A stretch of DNA of 64,000 nucleotides, from contig CM059441.1 in NCBI GenBank assembly GCA_030390025.1, positions 4,774,001-4,838,000 on the forward strand, in the 5' to 3' direction. The notes beneath the pieces were generated by a model. It saw only the letters and a program-made list of their open reading frames with translations. It was not told the origin of the DNA and did no database searches. The DNA comes from Squalus acanthias (lineage: Eukaryota). Each line of letters starts with the position of its first letter. Position 1 is the stretch's first letter. A program made the translations under genes and the position numbers. Shown piece after piece: positions 1 to 30,848 of this stretch.

Positions 1-684
1 CATGGCAGATCAGTGGAACACCCAGGAAATAGTGTAAATGGCTGAAAACAGCTATTTACAATGATTTTCTGGGAGCTCTTGCAGTCTTCTATCAAAGTTA
101 CAACAGGAGACTGGGAGAACACCTTGTGGTATTTCAGGACCCTGGTTTTCAGCAGCACTGGGTGAGGTCATTGGATTTAGCAGCACTGGAAGATGAGTAG
201 CCCTGGGCTTTGGGGAAACTGCGCTGGGGTCAATTATGATTTTTATTTAAGATTTTTGCTCAAAGCAAGATTGCAAAACTCCTTTCACCATTTTCCATTA
301 CCCCCCCACAGCTACATTAATTAGAATGTTTTCTATCTGAAAGTGTAAACAAAATACAGCTGCCCACAACTAGCCTTGGTCTTAGAGCTTTTATCCGAAA
401 GCTTGCAGAATTTCAGTTTGTTTTCTGTTTGGGGACAGAAAGCTCAGAAATCATTTTACAGCATTACAAAAGTATCTGGCAAAATAAAATATTCTGTTAA
501 CGAATATTTAGAATGTGAAAATTATGATTAAATGTCAGCCTGGAATTTAATGAACTGTCTGTGATGTCAGAGACCTCAGCCACCAGCAAAACCCATCCCG
601 CTGTCAACAAACTCATCACAGGTATCACGTGTGGAGCCCAATATAGATCCTTAGGCTAGTTGCTAGCCAGATATGTCAGTAACT

Positions 685-990
685 CCCTATCTCTTGTAAC
701 CTCCTCCAGCCCTACAAGAACTCTTTTCTCCAATTCTGGCCTTTTGTCCATCCCCCACTATTGGCGGCTGTGCCTTCAGCTGTCCTAAACTCTGGAATGC
801 TCTCCATGAACCTTTCCGCCTCTCTCCTCCTTTAAGACATTGTTTGAAAACTACCTCTTTGACCAAGCATTTGGTCACCTGTCCTAATTTCTCTTTATGT
901 GGCTCAGTGTCAAATTTTGTCTGATAACACTCCTGTGAAGTACCTTAGGATGTTTTACTACATTAAAGGCACTATATAAATGCAAGTTAT
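685..990 (+). mobile_element. L2-like LINE 3' end; related pieces at about 28105-28385 (-), 49490-49745 (-) and 52915-53215
   Basis: ggcggctgtgccttcagctg...ctctggaat...aaaggcactatataaatgcaagtt tail shared with the Deu-SINE. Confidence 0.7.
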
Positions 991-1859
991 TTTTGGTTGG
1001 CAATAGAGTCAGAAGATCGTGAGTTCAAGTCCCAATTCAGAAACTTGAATGCATAATCTAAGCTGACACTTCGGTAGTGTTTCACTGTTGCAGGTGCAGT
1101 TTATTGGATGAGACATTAATCTAGGCCTTGTCCACCCTCTCTACTGACGCAAAAAACCTCATGGTACTATTCGTAGAAGAGTAGGGAATCTCCCAGTATC
1201 CTGGTAAAATTTAATCTCTTAATCTACATCACTAAAACAGATTGTCTGGTCACTTATCTCATTGTTGTATGTGGGACTTTGCTATGTATAAATTGAGAGT
1301 CATGTTTGCCTACATAAGTGACTACACATGAATAGTACTTAATTAGCTACAAGCCAATTTGAGATGTCCTGAGGACTTGAAAGGCACTATATAAATGCAA
1401 TTTTATTTCTATTGAATAGTTGTTTTTGAATTCTAAAACAAAGCACAACTGGAAGTAAAGCCACCTTTTTTGACTCCCTCTTAACTAAAAACTGGTTGGT
1501 AACAATGTGAAACTTTACTTGAAAAATTCATTCTGCAGCTTGTTTTCAAATCATTTGGAAAAACTCAAGAAATCCTTTTGCACCATGAAAGGGTCTACCG
1601 TTCTACTTGTATAAAATCACTGATGTATGCTGGGAAATTGCGTACACTGCACTTGCTCAGACTGTGGCATTCCACATCAACTGACCGAGTAATACATCTT
1701 GGGAGAATATCAGTCCAAGTCCAAGACTTTTGAGAGAGGCGGAGGTCTTCAACTAAAAATATTAATTAACTTGCTCAAAGACAATAGTTAGAATTATTTA
1801 AAGTTGTGATTGTGACTTTTTGTAATTCCAATCAAAAATTCAGGAAGTATAATGCCAAA

Positions 1860-2066
1860 ACAATAGCAAAATACTGCGGATGCTGGAAATCTGAAATAAC
1901 AGAAAATGCTGGAAACACTCAGCAGGCCAGGCAGCATCCGTGGAGAGAGAAACAGAGTCAACGTTTCAGGTCAAGGGTCACAGACCTGAAATGTTAACTC
2001 TGTTTCTCTCTCCACTGATGCTGCCTGGCCTGCTGAGTGTTTCCAGCACTTTCTGTTGTTATTTCA
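1860..2066. mobile_element. Palindromic short element (probably Penelope-derived) with 14-bp target duplication; related copies at about 3508-3612, 24955-25143 and 54089-54296
   Basis: Inverted arms gaaataacagaaaatgctggaaacactcagcaggccaggcagcatc...; agtataatgccaaa on both flanks. Confidence 0.7.
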
Positions 2067-3877
2067 GTATAATGCCAAAGTCTGGCGAGAGAAAGATAGA
2101 TAGACATCAGTTTTCAGGAAATTCTAAATCCAGTATATTATAAAAATAAATCTATTTAGTGTAGGTTACAAATCAATGGCCACTCAGTGAACTGCAGATA
2201 TGCATATCACTCATTTACATTCTGGCTGAAAAACACTTTCTAGAATGCATATCATTTAACATTGTGATTTAAAAAAAATCATATTTGGATATTCAGACAT
2301 TCAAGAAATTCACAAGCATTGTTTTAATATTTTATTAAACTCGAGATTTTTCTTTTCTGAAAAAAATGGGAAATTCAGTAAAAAAAGGATTAAAAACCAG
2401 TGCTCACTCATTAAAAACTGTCCTGAATACTTAAATCATAGTCCTTTTATATTTTAAGTATTAATAGTTGAAAGGAATACAGTGGGCCATTTCTCTCTGT
2501 TCCAACTAAAGCCTCCATCCCGGTCTCAGTAAAGGAAATGGAGCTAAGTTGGCCTGTGAAACCAGTAAAAACATGCATCGAAAAATAATTCATAGATTTC
2601 AATTACTGTTTTCATTTGTAAGAAGTCTAATTTCCCTATTGGTAGAATTTTGGCATATTGTGAGCATAATCCTCTAAATTATACACAAAATATAAACAAT
2701 GAAAAGGTTCATTTATATACGGATTGAGAGACACTGTAATATGAAATATTTTACTTAATAAGGAATATTTTTAGTCCATGCACTATTATGTTTTAAGATA
2801 TGTAGATCCTAATTTAACTACTTATTTCTTCATGCAAAATAAAGTTTTATAAAATAAATCTAATTTTCAACGCAGATTTGTCATTATGAAACTCTGAAAC
2901 TTGCTGCCCGCTGTATTTTTCATTACCAAATAGTTTTCCTAAAAACTGCTTCCAAATAATCTTTATCTAATATGTTAAACTCTTAAGTTGCATATATAAA
3001 ATATGTTAATAGGCATTTGTTCAGCCATCAATTTTGATATCCTGTATGTGAAGCTTCTTTCATCTTTTAAAGAACGAACTTGCATTTTAAGAACTAAAGC
3101 CAAACAAAACTGCCCTTATGGAAGAAAATATATTTACAAATATTCTAGTCTACTTAACTTTAGAGATGTACTTTACATAATTGCTGCTGATAGTTCAAAA
3201 ACAGAAACAGGGCAGATTGCGGGGTAAAGAGGGGTAGGTTAGATAAATAGATTCCAACATATCTGGGTCTGTTGTGAAGAATTAGCAGTATTGCAATTTC
3301 AATCAAATTTGTGTGCAGCTTAAAGGGAAAACTGGGGTGGGGAAGATTTCCCTGGTGTACTGAAATTGTAAACCTGTTTATAAAGAATAGATTTTTGTTT
3401 ACATACCACAAAAGGAAATCTACCCCCAAATGTGTAAAATATTTTAAGCAAATGTAGCACCTTATATACAAGAGACAAAGTTTCTGACATAACCAGACAT
3501 TTGTTTTTACAATAGCAAAATACTGCGGATGCTGGAAATCAGAAATAACAACAGAAAACGCTGGAAAAACTCAGCAGGCCAGGCAACATCCGTGGAGAGA
3601 GAAAGAGAGTTAAATAATTTGTTTTTACAAAGTCAGTTATAAAGCAAAATGAAAGATAATACAGCACGGAATCTGAATTTGAACAAGCGTTTAAAAACCA
3701 TGGCAACCATAATTAAAGACCCCTTAAATAGAAGGACTTGTTCAAATCATTTTTATTGTTGTCAGATTTAAAGTATTTCTTTCCCTAGCTCTTTCAGCTA
3801 TCCATGTACTATGCACATCCCCTGACTGTGATAAGAGGCAAAGTATCTGCTTCCCTATCTCTACCAATTTTAATAAA

Positions 3878-4202
3878 TACGGGTATGGAGCTTAGTATTT
3901 CTGTTACTTGACCAGTAATCCAGAGGCCTGGACTAATAATCCAGAGATTGAGTTCAAATCTCACCAAGAGAATTTGAATTTAGTTTAAATTGGAAATAAA
4001 AACCTGTTGGATTGTTACTCATGTTCCTTAGGGAAGGAAACCTGCTGTCTACTCGGTCTGGCATATTTGTAACTCAAGTCACACACCAAAGTGGTTGACT
4101 CTACCGCTTTTTACAGTGGCCTAGCAAGCCACTCAGTTGTATTAGGGATGGGCAATAAATGCTGGCCTTGCTAGCAATGCCCATATCCCAACAATGAATA
4201 AT
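3878..4202 (+). mobile_element. tRNA-derived SINE with LINE-like tail downstream of the LEMD2 stop; related copies at about 7235-7445, 35610-35815 and 56107-56431
   Basis: gtaatccagaggcctggactaat...gagttcaaatc...gggaaggaaacctgc...gggatgggcaataaatgctggcc recurs several times in the window. Confidence 0.65.
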
Positions 4203-4442
4203 AATAATTTAAAAATCTGCAAAAAGCTGCCCTAGGGTATCCACTGATTTTCTCTCCCTTCTCATGGGGTAGTGCTTGCTACTTGCCTCCAAATGAACTA
4301 GCCAAGATCAATTGCTGTGTGGGGAACTCCAGGCACAAACACATTATTTGTGCACTGCATGGCGCAGGGTGCTAGTATGCCAACACACTGCATCACCAGG
4401 TTGGCTCCTAACTTCCCTTTGCATCTTACATCAAGTTATTTA

Positions 4443-23810
<19,368 letters not shown>

Positions 23811-24723
23811 TTTGAACGCTGGGCGACGCCGTTGGGCCGCGTCACTGCGGAGCGCGCCGAGCGCGCCGAGCATGCGCACTCGCCGCGGTTGCGGGCTCGC
23901 AGTGCGCGCGCACTCGATCACAAGGCGGCCGGAGCGCGCGCTGCAATAAAGGGAGCGCAAGTTGTCTGCGCATGTGCGGATCAGATGCCGCCCTATCTAT
24001 GGAGAGGTTCCAGTGGCACAATAGCCCTAGGCAAGGCAAGGCAGGCAGTGGAGCATCTGCTGGGTTACTGTGGTGGCATTATCAAATGTACACTTTTTCC
24101 TAAGTCTCAAAATTATAACTCAAAGTTTGCAATTAAAAAGTGTCAGATAGTGCCATTTTAAAATAAAGTCCAATACATTAAAATTTCCAGTCCTGATACA
24201 GGGTTACATCCAGGCATCTGTATCTTTCCCTCAGGGACCATGATGCGGAGATGCCGGTGTTGGACTGGGGTGGAAATGATCGAATGATCGAACGAATAAT
24301 GCCGTAAAATGGGTTTTTTCTTGGTTTATTGGAATAAATGTTATTTGTAGCATTTAATTGGATTATGATGGTGCTATGTGTTTGTACACTGGTGTTGAAA
24401 TGGGTTTTGTTTTATGTGGAGTTAACTTTGAGATTTATTATTTTTAAATCTAAAAAGTTGTGTGTATTTAAGGGTATTTGTACTGTAAACATTATTGATT
24501 ATTTGTAAAAGTAATCATTGCATTTATATTAACTAAGGCTGTTTTTAAGGCTTTAGTTTTTACTGTGATGGATGAATGTAATGGATTTACTATGTAATGG
24601 ATTTACTATGTAATTGATGAGTTGTACAGGTATTATTGTTTTTGAATAAAAGAGTTGGACTGGGGTGGACAAAAGTGAGAAGTCGCACAACACCAGGTTA
24701 TAGTCCAACAGTTTTATTTGAAA

Positions 24724-24760
24724 TCACAAGCTTTCGGAGCGCTGCTCCTTCGTCAGGTGA
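24724..24760 (-). ncRNA. Minimal hammerhead ribozyme motif (Penelope-type)
   Basis: Minus strand UCAC-CUGACGA-A-GGAGC agc GCUCC-GAA-AGCU-U-GUGA: both core boxes, stem I, stem II and palindromic stem III. Confidence 0.7.
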
Positions 24761-24767
24761 AGTCACT

Positions 24768-24805
24768 TCACCTGACGAAGGATCAGCAGCTCCGAAAGCT
24801 TGTGA
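24768..24805 (+). ncRNA. Minimal hammerhead ribozyme motif, weakened stem II
   Basis: tcac ctgacga a ggatcagcagctcc gaa agct t gtga. Confidence 0.6.
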
Positions 24806-26831
24806 TTTCAAATAAAACTGTTGGAGTATAACCTGGTGTTGTGCGACTTCTCACTTTTTTCCCTCGGGGAGATGCTGATTTTGACCCACTGGGCAAAATG
24901 GTGTCAGCCTGGTACAGTTGGGAGAACACCCACCTCCGAGTCAGAGAGACTGCAAGTTGCAGGTCAGGCAGCATCTGGAGAGAGAAGCAGAGTTAACGTT
25001 TCAGGTCCCTTGACCTTTCGAAGGTCATCAACCTGAAACATTAACCCTACTTCTCTCACCACAGATGTTGCCTGACTTGCTGAGCATTTCCAGCATTTTC
25101 TGTTTTATTTCAGATTTCCAGCATCTGCAGTAGTTTGCTTTTGTAAATTACAGGACTTGAGCACATAAGGCTAGGCTGGCAGTGCAGTGTAATACTGAGA
25201 AAGTGTTATATTATCAAAGGTGCCATTCTCGGATGAGATGTTAAGGTAGGATTCTATCTACCTGTTTATCTATCTGTCTATATGTTAAGGATCCTATGGC
25301 ACTATTCAAAGAAAAGCATGGAGTTCCCCCAGTGTCCTGGCCAACATTTCTCCCTCACTCAACATCACTGGAAGCAGATGAAATAGTCATTCATCTTTTT
25401 TATTCGTTCATGGGATGTGGGCATCGCTGGCAAGGCCAGCATTTATTGCCCATTCCTAATTGTCCTTGAGAAGGTGGTGGTGAACCGCTGCAATGCGTTT
25501 GGTAAAGGTACTCCCACAGTGCTGTTCCTGAGGAAGTTCCAGGATCTAATTGCTGTTTGTAGGATCTTGCAAAATGGTTGCCATGTTTGCTTAAAAAGTA
25601 CACTCCAAAAATAATTAATTGACTGTGAAATACTTTGGGACATTTCTGAGAAATGTAATAAGGCATAATATAAATGATTTTTTTTTGCTCACATATGTTA
25701 TATATTTCTTTAAATATGTTTATTTACCCTCATGACCAGATTATACCTGTCCCTTAATCTTGATAGGGGTGGGGAGGGGAGGGGAATAGGTCATTATTCC
25801 TCTGTTTATGGCATAAAATTAACGTGAGTTTTTTGTGTTCCTGAAACAACTTGTGTTTTATATTTAATTCAAACACCATTGGTTTGACTGCCATGGCAAA
25901 TTTATGCTATTGATATTATTTGGTAGAGACTTGGGAGGCATAAAAATAAAAAGGGTCGAATGAAGCTGATGATCATTAATCCCAATAGTGTGGGGCAGAC
26001 GCACTGAGGAGTAGCCACTGGCTTGCTTTAGTTAAATGCATCTGCTTCACATATTACTACAGATAATAGAGGAGCCCCGTAAATTAAGATAATTACAAAA
26101 AGAATTTTGTAAAAACAACAGTAGCTCTTTACAACAGTGATTACACTTCAAAAGCACTTCATTGGCTGTAAAGCGCTTTGGGACGTCCTGAGGTGAAAAG
26201 CGCTATATAAATGCAAATCTTTCTTTTTCTTTTCAATGAGGGCTTCATTGCCTCATCTGATAATGAGGCACATAAATCAGTAAGACTCCGGATACAAACC
26301 TCGTCTTTGCTGAGTTAGCAGGTCCCAGCTAAGTCACTGATAAGGACGCAACAGTTTGCTCCTATGTCTCTTGACTAGTAATGGTAAAAAAAAATTCTGA
26401 CTCCTGATTGCTGTCCAATCATCCTTGCTAGAAAGTGAGGGTGTTTGGATGTTGGGGGAGGGGAAGGGAAGGATTGGGCTCAGCTGTGATGCTCACACAT
26501 TTGAATACCCTGGCAACGCTCACTGTATGGGCTGACAGGTAGAGGAGATGATGCGGAGATGCCGGTGCAGGTAGAGGAGGATGACAGGTAGAGGAGAGAT
26601 ATGTGAGCGGGATATTGGAGAGCTGCTAGTGCCCCTGGTACCATATCTCAGCATGGGTCACTGACTTAAGGAGAGAAGGGGAGAAATGTGATGGGCAAGT
26701 TTTAAAATAATCCACAGAGTAAAGGAAAATTCAATCCAGGGCTGCTCCAGAATTGTTATAATTAATGCTGCATCAAACATATATAAGCCGAGTAATGCGA
26801 CAGTGCACAAAAGTCATAGTTACATGATAAC

Positions 26832-26837
26832 TTTATT
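26832..26837 (-). terminator. Putative MLN polyadenylation signal AATAAA
   Basis: tttatt on the + strand, downstream of the MLN stop. Confidence 0.65.
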
Positions 26838-26940
26838 AATTACTAAACATCACTATACATAAGTTTCCCACAACTTTTTATGTACAGATACAGCACTTAT
26901 GAATTATACATCGACGTTTAACCAGTCTGATTTGTTGATG

Positions 26941-26948
26941 TCATTGGT
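26941..26948 (-). CDS. MLN: MLN last coding exon (D-Q-stop), followed by a short 3' UTR
   Basis: Long T-tract + aacag acceptor, TGA at 26943-26941, AATAAA about 105 nt downstream. Confidence 0.75.
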
Positions 26949-29900
26949 CTGTTAAAAAAAAAGATTGAAATTGCTTTTAGTGTTTATACATCTTTCAACA
27001 TAATATTATCCTCACACTATCAAAGCATTAGAAATAAAGTTTGATTTTAATATAATTTTTCTGTGGAAAAAAAGGACATGTGACAATTAATAGATTTCTA
27101 ATAGTATAGATAACTTTTCTGATAGGATATATTGGTCCTAAAATGACACCATGGGATACTAGCATCTAAACTTAGATTTCCAGCATCTGCAATTTGGTTT
27201 TTACTTCATGCCGTCATCTAAAACTATTTTATGGAAGTGTTAATCTGTTTAGAATAAATGGATTCATTCTTTCACTAAATCAATTTCATATGAATGCATT
27301 GAGCTTGTATCCGATGATTTAATTTTTGGGCCATAACTTTTATGCTTTTTTGTTTTCATTTACTCATACTGATTTGCTTGAGATAGTCTCATTACTATAA
27401 TGGGAAAATTCTAAATGATGTTGATAATCACTGAAAAGCTGGCACTCTGACAGGTTTTATTTCCCATGCTTATTAGAGTGTGTCAGCTTTTACATGAACA
27501 TTACAAATATTGTTTTTCTTATAGTTGGAGAGCACAGTTATAGGAGTGGAAATTTCATAAGAGCCCGATTAAAATTTGACAGTTTTGAGACTGCATACTT
27601 TTTTTTGATGAACTTGTTCAGAGATTTTCTCAAATATTTTGAAATATACATTTATATTTTATTAAATAAATATAGAGTTTAAAGACAATAGGAGAGTTGA
27701 TTTATCATTTTATCAAAACGTTGTTAGACCTACAGTGAAAATGGTGAGGTGAACACCAATTGGTCCAAAGAGCAAAAAAAAATACATGAAGTGTTTCTAT
27801 CATTTGTGCAGGTAAGCACAAAGCTATTATGAAAGTAATTTCAAGAAACTCTCAGGAACCCTCAAAGTCATAGGTGGGTAGGAGGTGGAGGGAAAGACTG
27901 AATAAAACCTATCTTACCATTTGTGCCTTCTGACAAAATGTTATTCAGCTGCTCACCAAGGAGTTCGCCATACTTCTGAAATTGTTTGCTATTCATCTTG
28001 ATTCCAATTTCAAAAGGAACACAGAACTGTACAAAATGTATAAAGAAGAAAATGACAAAATCAGATACTAATGTTTCCTGTGAACAAATAAGCGGCCACC
28101 ACAGCAACTTCAATTTATCTAGTGCCTTTAATGTAGAAAAAAAAACTCATGGTGTTTCACAGAGGTGTAATCAGACAAATTGGACACTAAGCCAAAGGAG
28201 ATGTTAGGAGCAGCGACCAAAAGCTTCATCAAAGAGGTGGGTTTAAAGGAGATGGAAAGGCACAGGGATTTAGGGAAGGAATTCTAAAGTGTAGGGACCA
28301 GGCAGCTGAGCACACAGTTGTCAACATTGGGGCAAAGAGAAGGGCTTACATAAGAGACCAGAATCAGAGGAACGTAGAGTTCAGGTGGGCGGGTACGTGA
28401 AATTATGTGGGAAACTTGACTTGACCACTTGTAGTGTCCCTACCTCCCACCCAGCTGTGATCAGCGCACAACCGGGATTGAACCTGGGACTGTTCTGTCT
28501 TGTTTGGCTCAGCAAGTTTATCCACTGTTTAGCTGAGCTATTGAGGGGGCCATTTTACACTTATTGTGCATTCTATTCAAAAGTAATAAAATTTAAATTA
28601 AAAAAAGGTGATTCAAACTTACCACATAAACCTACAAACTTTTAGATTAGTGGTTTTTAATAGTAATGAATTATTCTGTTGCATCTGCCACAACCTACAC
28701 TATCATTTTTTATGCTTCTAGAAGATAATATTTTACAATAGTATAATTGCATAGTGTTCATCAATAGAAAAACACTGTTAAACAATTTGTTCTTATTCAT
28801 ACTACAGCAGGAATGTTGTTCTATTTTGAATGTTGGTTGATGTATGCTTTAATTTCAATTGTTGGGCACTGTAACATTTTTGGGTCTTCTCTGTTTCTCC
28901 TATTCTGGACACTTCAGCTTCTATATTTTAGATTACTCTCATAGGTGAGTCTCCGCTTCCTTCAGTCTTGAGAGTATCTTCATGGGCCCTGATATCACAG
29001 TTATCGAGGTAAGTTTCTGATAGCATACCCGGGAAAACAAATAGAAAACTTTTCTATCAATTAGCTACTAGATCTACTCTGGGGCTTCAGAGAAAAAATC
29101 TTCTGGCTTTGAAAAATGGCATAACATCACAATATCAGACCTCATTTTGAATATCAGTAGACATTTTACTAACCAACTTCTTGAACAAAAAACAATAAAA
29201 AGTCACAATCTATATAGTAAGCTACTCTTTTGTAGATAACTTTTATGTATTCAGCTTTTTCTTCTAGTAGGCTTTTCTAACTGCAGGAGCTAGCTAGTCT
29301 AACCTCCCACTCTTGAAGCTTCCAAACAACTCAATTTAACACTATTCCAGTTAGCTCAACTTCATTCAGCTGAATTCAGTTCATTAAATAGCCCCAAAAA
29401 CAGCTGCTGGAGCATTCTGGATTTGAATAACTGTCAGATATATTCAAAAATAACTGGCAGTCACACACACAACTCAGTAAATCACAAAGCATATGTTTAT
29501 TTAAAAGTGGCTTGGTTCCTCTTTACAGCCTTTCAGTTGGAAAACCAGTCCAGACTGTCCTCACAGTGTTTGTATTGATTTAAGCTGGGAGATGGATTCT
29601 GACCACAGCTGTTTTCTAAACTCCCTTTTCTCTTGTGAATGAGTTAAAGGAACCTCTTCAAGCCAAAACAAGCTGAGAATGCTTCATTATTGTCACAGGT
29701 GCCTTCAGTAAGTTCTTACCAGTGTAAATATATGTTTAAGGAAGCAGTTTGTACAAAAAACGGTACTACTATGTTTGCATTTACATACCTTTATTACTTC
29801 TTTCATGTCCTCCGTACCCAACACTTCTGATAAGCTACTTTCTTCAGATCTCTGTTGGCGGTTCACTGGCACTTTTCTCCCCAGCCTGATTCTGTCATTT

Positions 29901-30265
29901 TCCTTTGCAACAAGAAGATATTGTTAAGTGGCATTTCGATTAGGGTAAATAAATCCTAACAAAACAGATACGAGTTTCTTGGAGCAAGATTGGACTATAT
30001 CTGTATTGTAATACTATGCATTTAATGTGACCCTTGTTTCTTCAGTAGTTGTGTATTACAAAGTTTCAAAGAGCAAATGGCACAATCAGCCACTGCTTAC
30101 AACACAAAGACTCAAGTATTTAAACTGTAAAATAAGTGTTTTACATACAAGCTTCTTTTGATAATCATTTGGGCTCAGGAAACTCAGGAAGCCCTCAGTC
30201 TCTTCAGCCAGCATTGCCACGACACAAACCACCAACAGGCTTATCATTATTCGCTTGGAAACCAT
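26941..30265 (-). CDS. MLN: Prepromotilin, 115 aa, 4 coding exons
   Basis: Exons 30265-30149 (MVSKRIMISLLVVCVVAMLAEETEG FLSFLSPNDYQKKL), 29902-29789 (ENDRIRLG RK VPVNRQQRSEE...EVIK), 28026-27918 (FCVPFEIGIKMNSKQFQKYGELL...) and 26948-26941 (DQ*). All are GT-AG, 348 nt total. The signal peptide resembles motilin MVS(R/K)K...AML..TE(A/G), with a 22-residue peptide before a dibasic site; adjacent to LEMD2. Confidence 0.92.
27918..28026 (-). CDS. MLN: MLN coding exon 3 (motilin-associated peptide)
   Basis: gtacag acceptor, gtaaga donor, P-F-E-I-G-I-K-M-N-S-x-Q-x-x-K-Y motif. Confidence 0.92.
29789..29902 (-). CDS. MLN: MLN coding exon 2 (end of motilin, RK cleavage site, start of motilin-associated peptide)
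   Basis: caaag acceptor, gtatgt donor, QRSEE motif, 114 bp in phase 0. Confidence 0.9.
30149..30265 (-). CDS. MLN: MLN coding exon 1 (signal peptide and first 14 residues of mature motilin)
   Basis: Acceptor at 30274-30273, ATG at 30265, gtatgt donor. Confidence 0.92.
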
Positions 30266-30380
30266 CTTTGACCTGAAAGCAAAAAAAAAAATTATTTTCA
30301 AAGAATGAATAAATGCTTTAACCCAGATCAGTCAATCTGTATGAAAAATACACCACAGCAGTAAATAATGTATCCATATA

Positions 30381-30848
30381 GTGTCAGCTGTGGCTCAGTG
30401 GGTAGCACACTCGCCTCTGGGTCAGAAAGTTGTGGGTTCAAGTCCCACTCCAGGGATTTGAGCACATAAATCTAGGCTGACGCTCCAGTGCAGTGCTGAG
30501 GGAGTGCCGCACTGTCAGAGGTGCCGTCTTTCGGATGAGATGTTAAACTGATGCCCCGTCTGCTCTCTCAGCTGGACGTAAAAGATCCCATGGCACTATT
30601 TCAAAGAAGAGCAGGGGAGTTCTCCCCGGTGTCCTGGGGCCAATATTTATCCCTCAATCAACATCACTAAAAACAGATTATCTGGTCATTATCACATTGC
30701 TGTTCTTGGGAGCTTGCTGTGCGCAAATTGGCTGCCGTGTTTCTCACATTACAACAGGGACTACACTTCAAAAGTACTTCATTGGCTGTAAAGCGCTTTG
30801 AGGCATCTGGTGGTTGTGAAAGGTGCTATATAAGTGCAAGTCTTTTTT
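30381..30848 (+). mobile_element. tRNA-derived Deu-domain SINE (SacSINE1-like) in MLN intron 1; older copies at about 1005-1405, 7620-8025 (-) and 25150-25680
   Basis: Pol III A box (tggctcagtgggtag) and B box (gggttcaagtccc), Deu-like core (cggatgagatgttaaac...aaagatcccatggcact), L2-like tail gctatataagtgcaag. Confidence 0.8.

Larger units (their letters stand above)
24240..24858. mobile_element. Penelope-like element terminal region forming a hairpin of about 185 bp (24672-24858), interrupted by an insertion at 24275-24653
   Basis: Long inverted repeat aaaagtgagaagtcgcacaacacc...ggtgttgtgcgacttctcactttt; terminal motif atgatgcggagatgccggtgttggactgggg; family assignment from recollection of shark PLE ends. 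Confidence 0.7.

Noticed and set aside
23811-23960. N-terminal 50-aa extension of the 539-aa ORF, including the ATG at 23873
   Set aside because: It lies in the GC-rich promoter/5' UTR. The ATG at 23810 has a strong Kozak context and puts the LEM domain at the N-terminus, as in orthologues.
26941-30265. Calling this gene ghrelin (GHRL) because of SFLSP
   Set aside because: The mature peptide starts with Phe rather than Gly, the signal peptide and 22-residue length are motilin-like, and the gene lies next to LEMD2, the MLN locus.
30381-30455. tRNA gene
   Set aside because: The A/B boxes belong to the tRNA-derived head of a SINE that continues into a Deu core and LINE-like tail.
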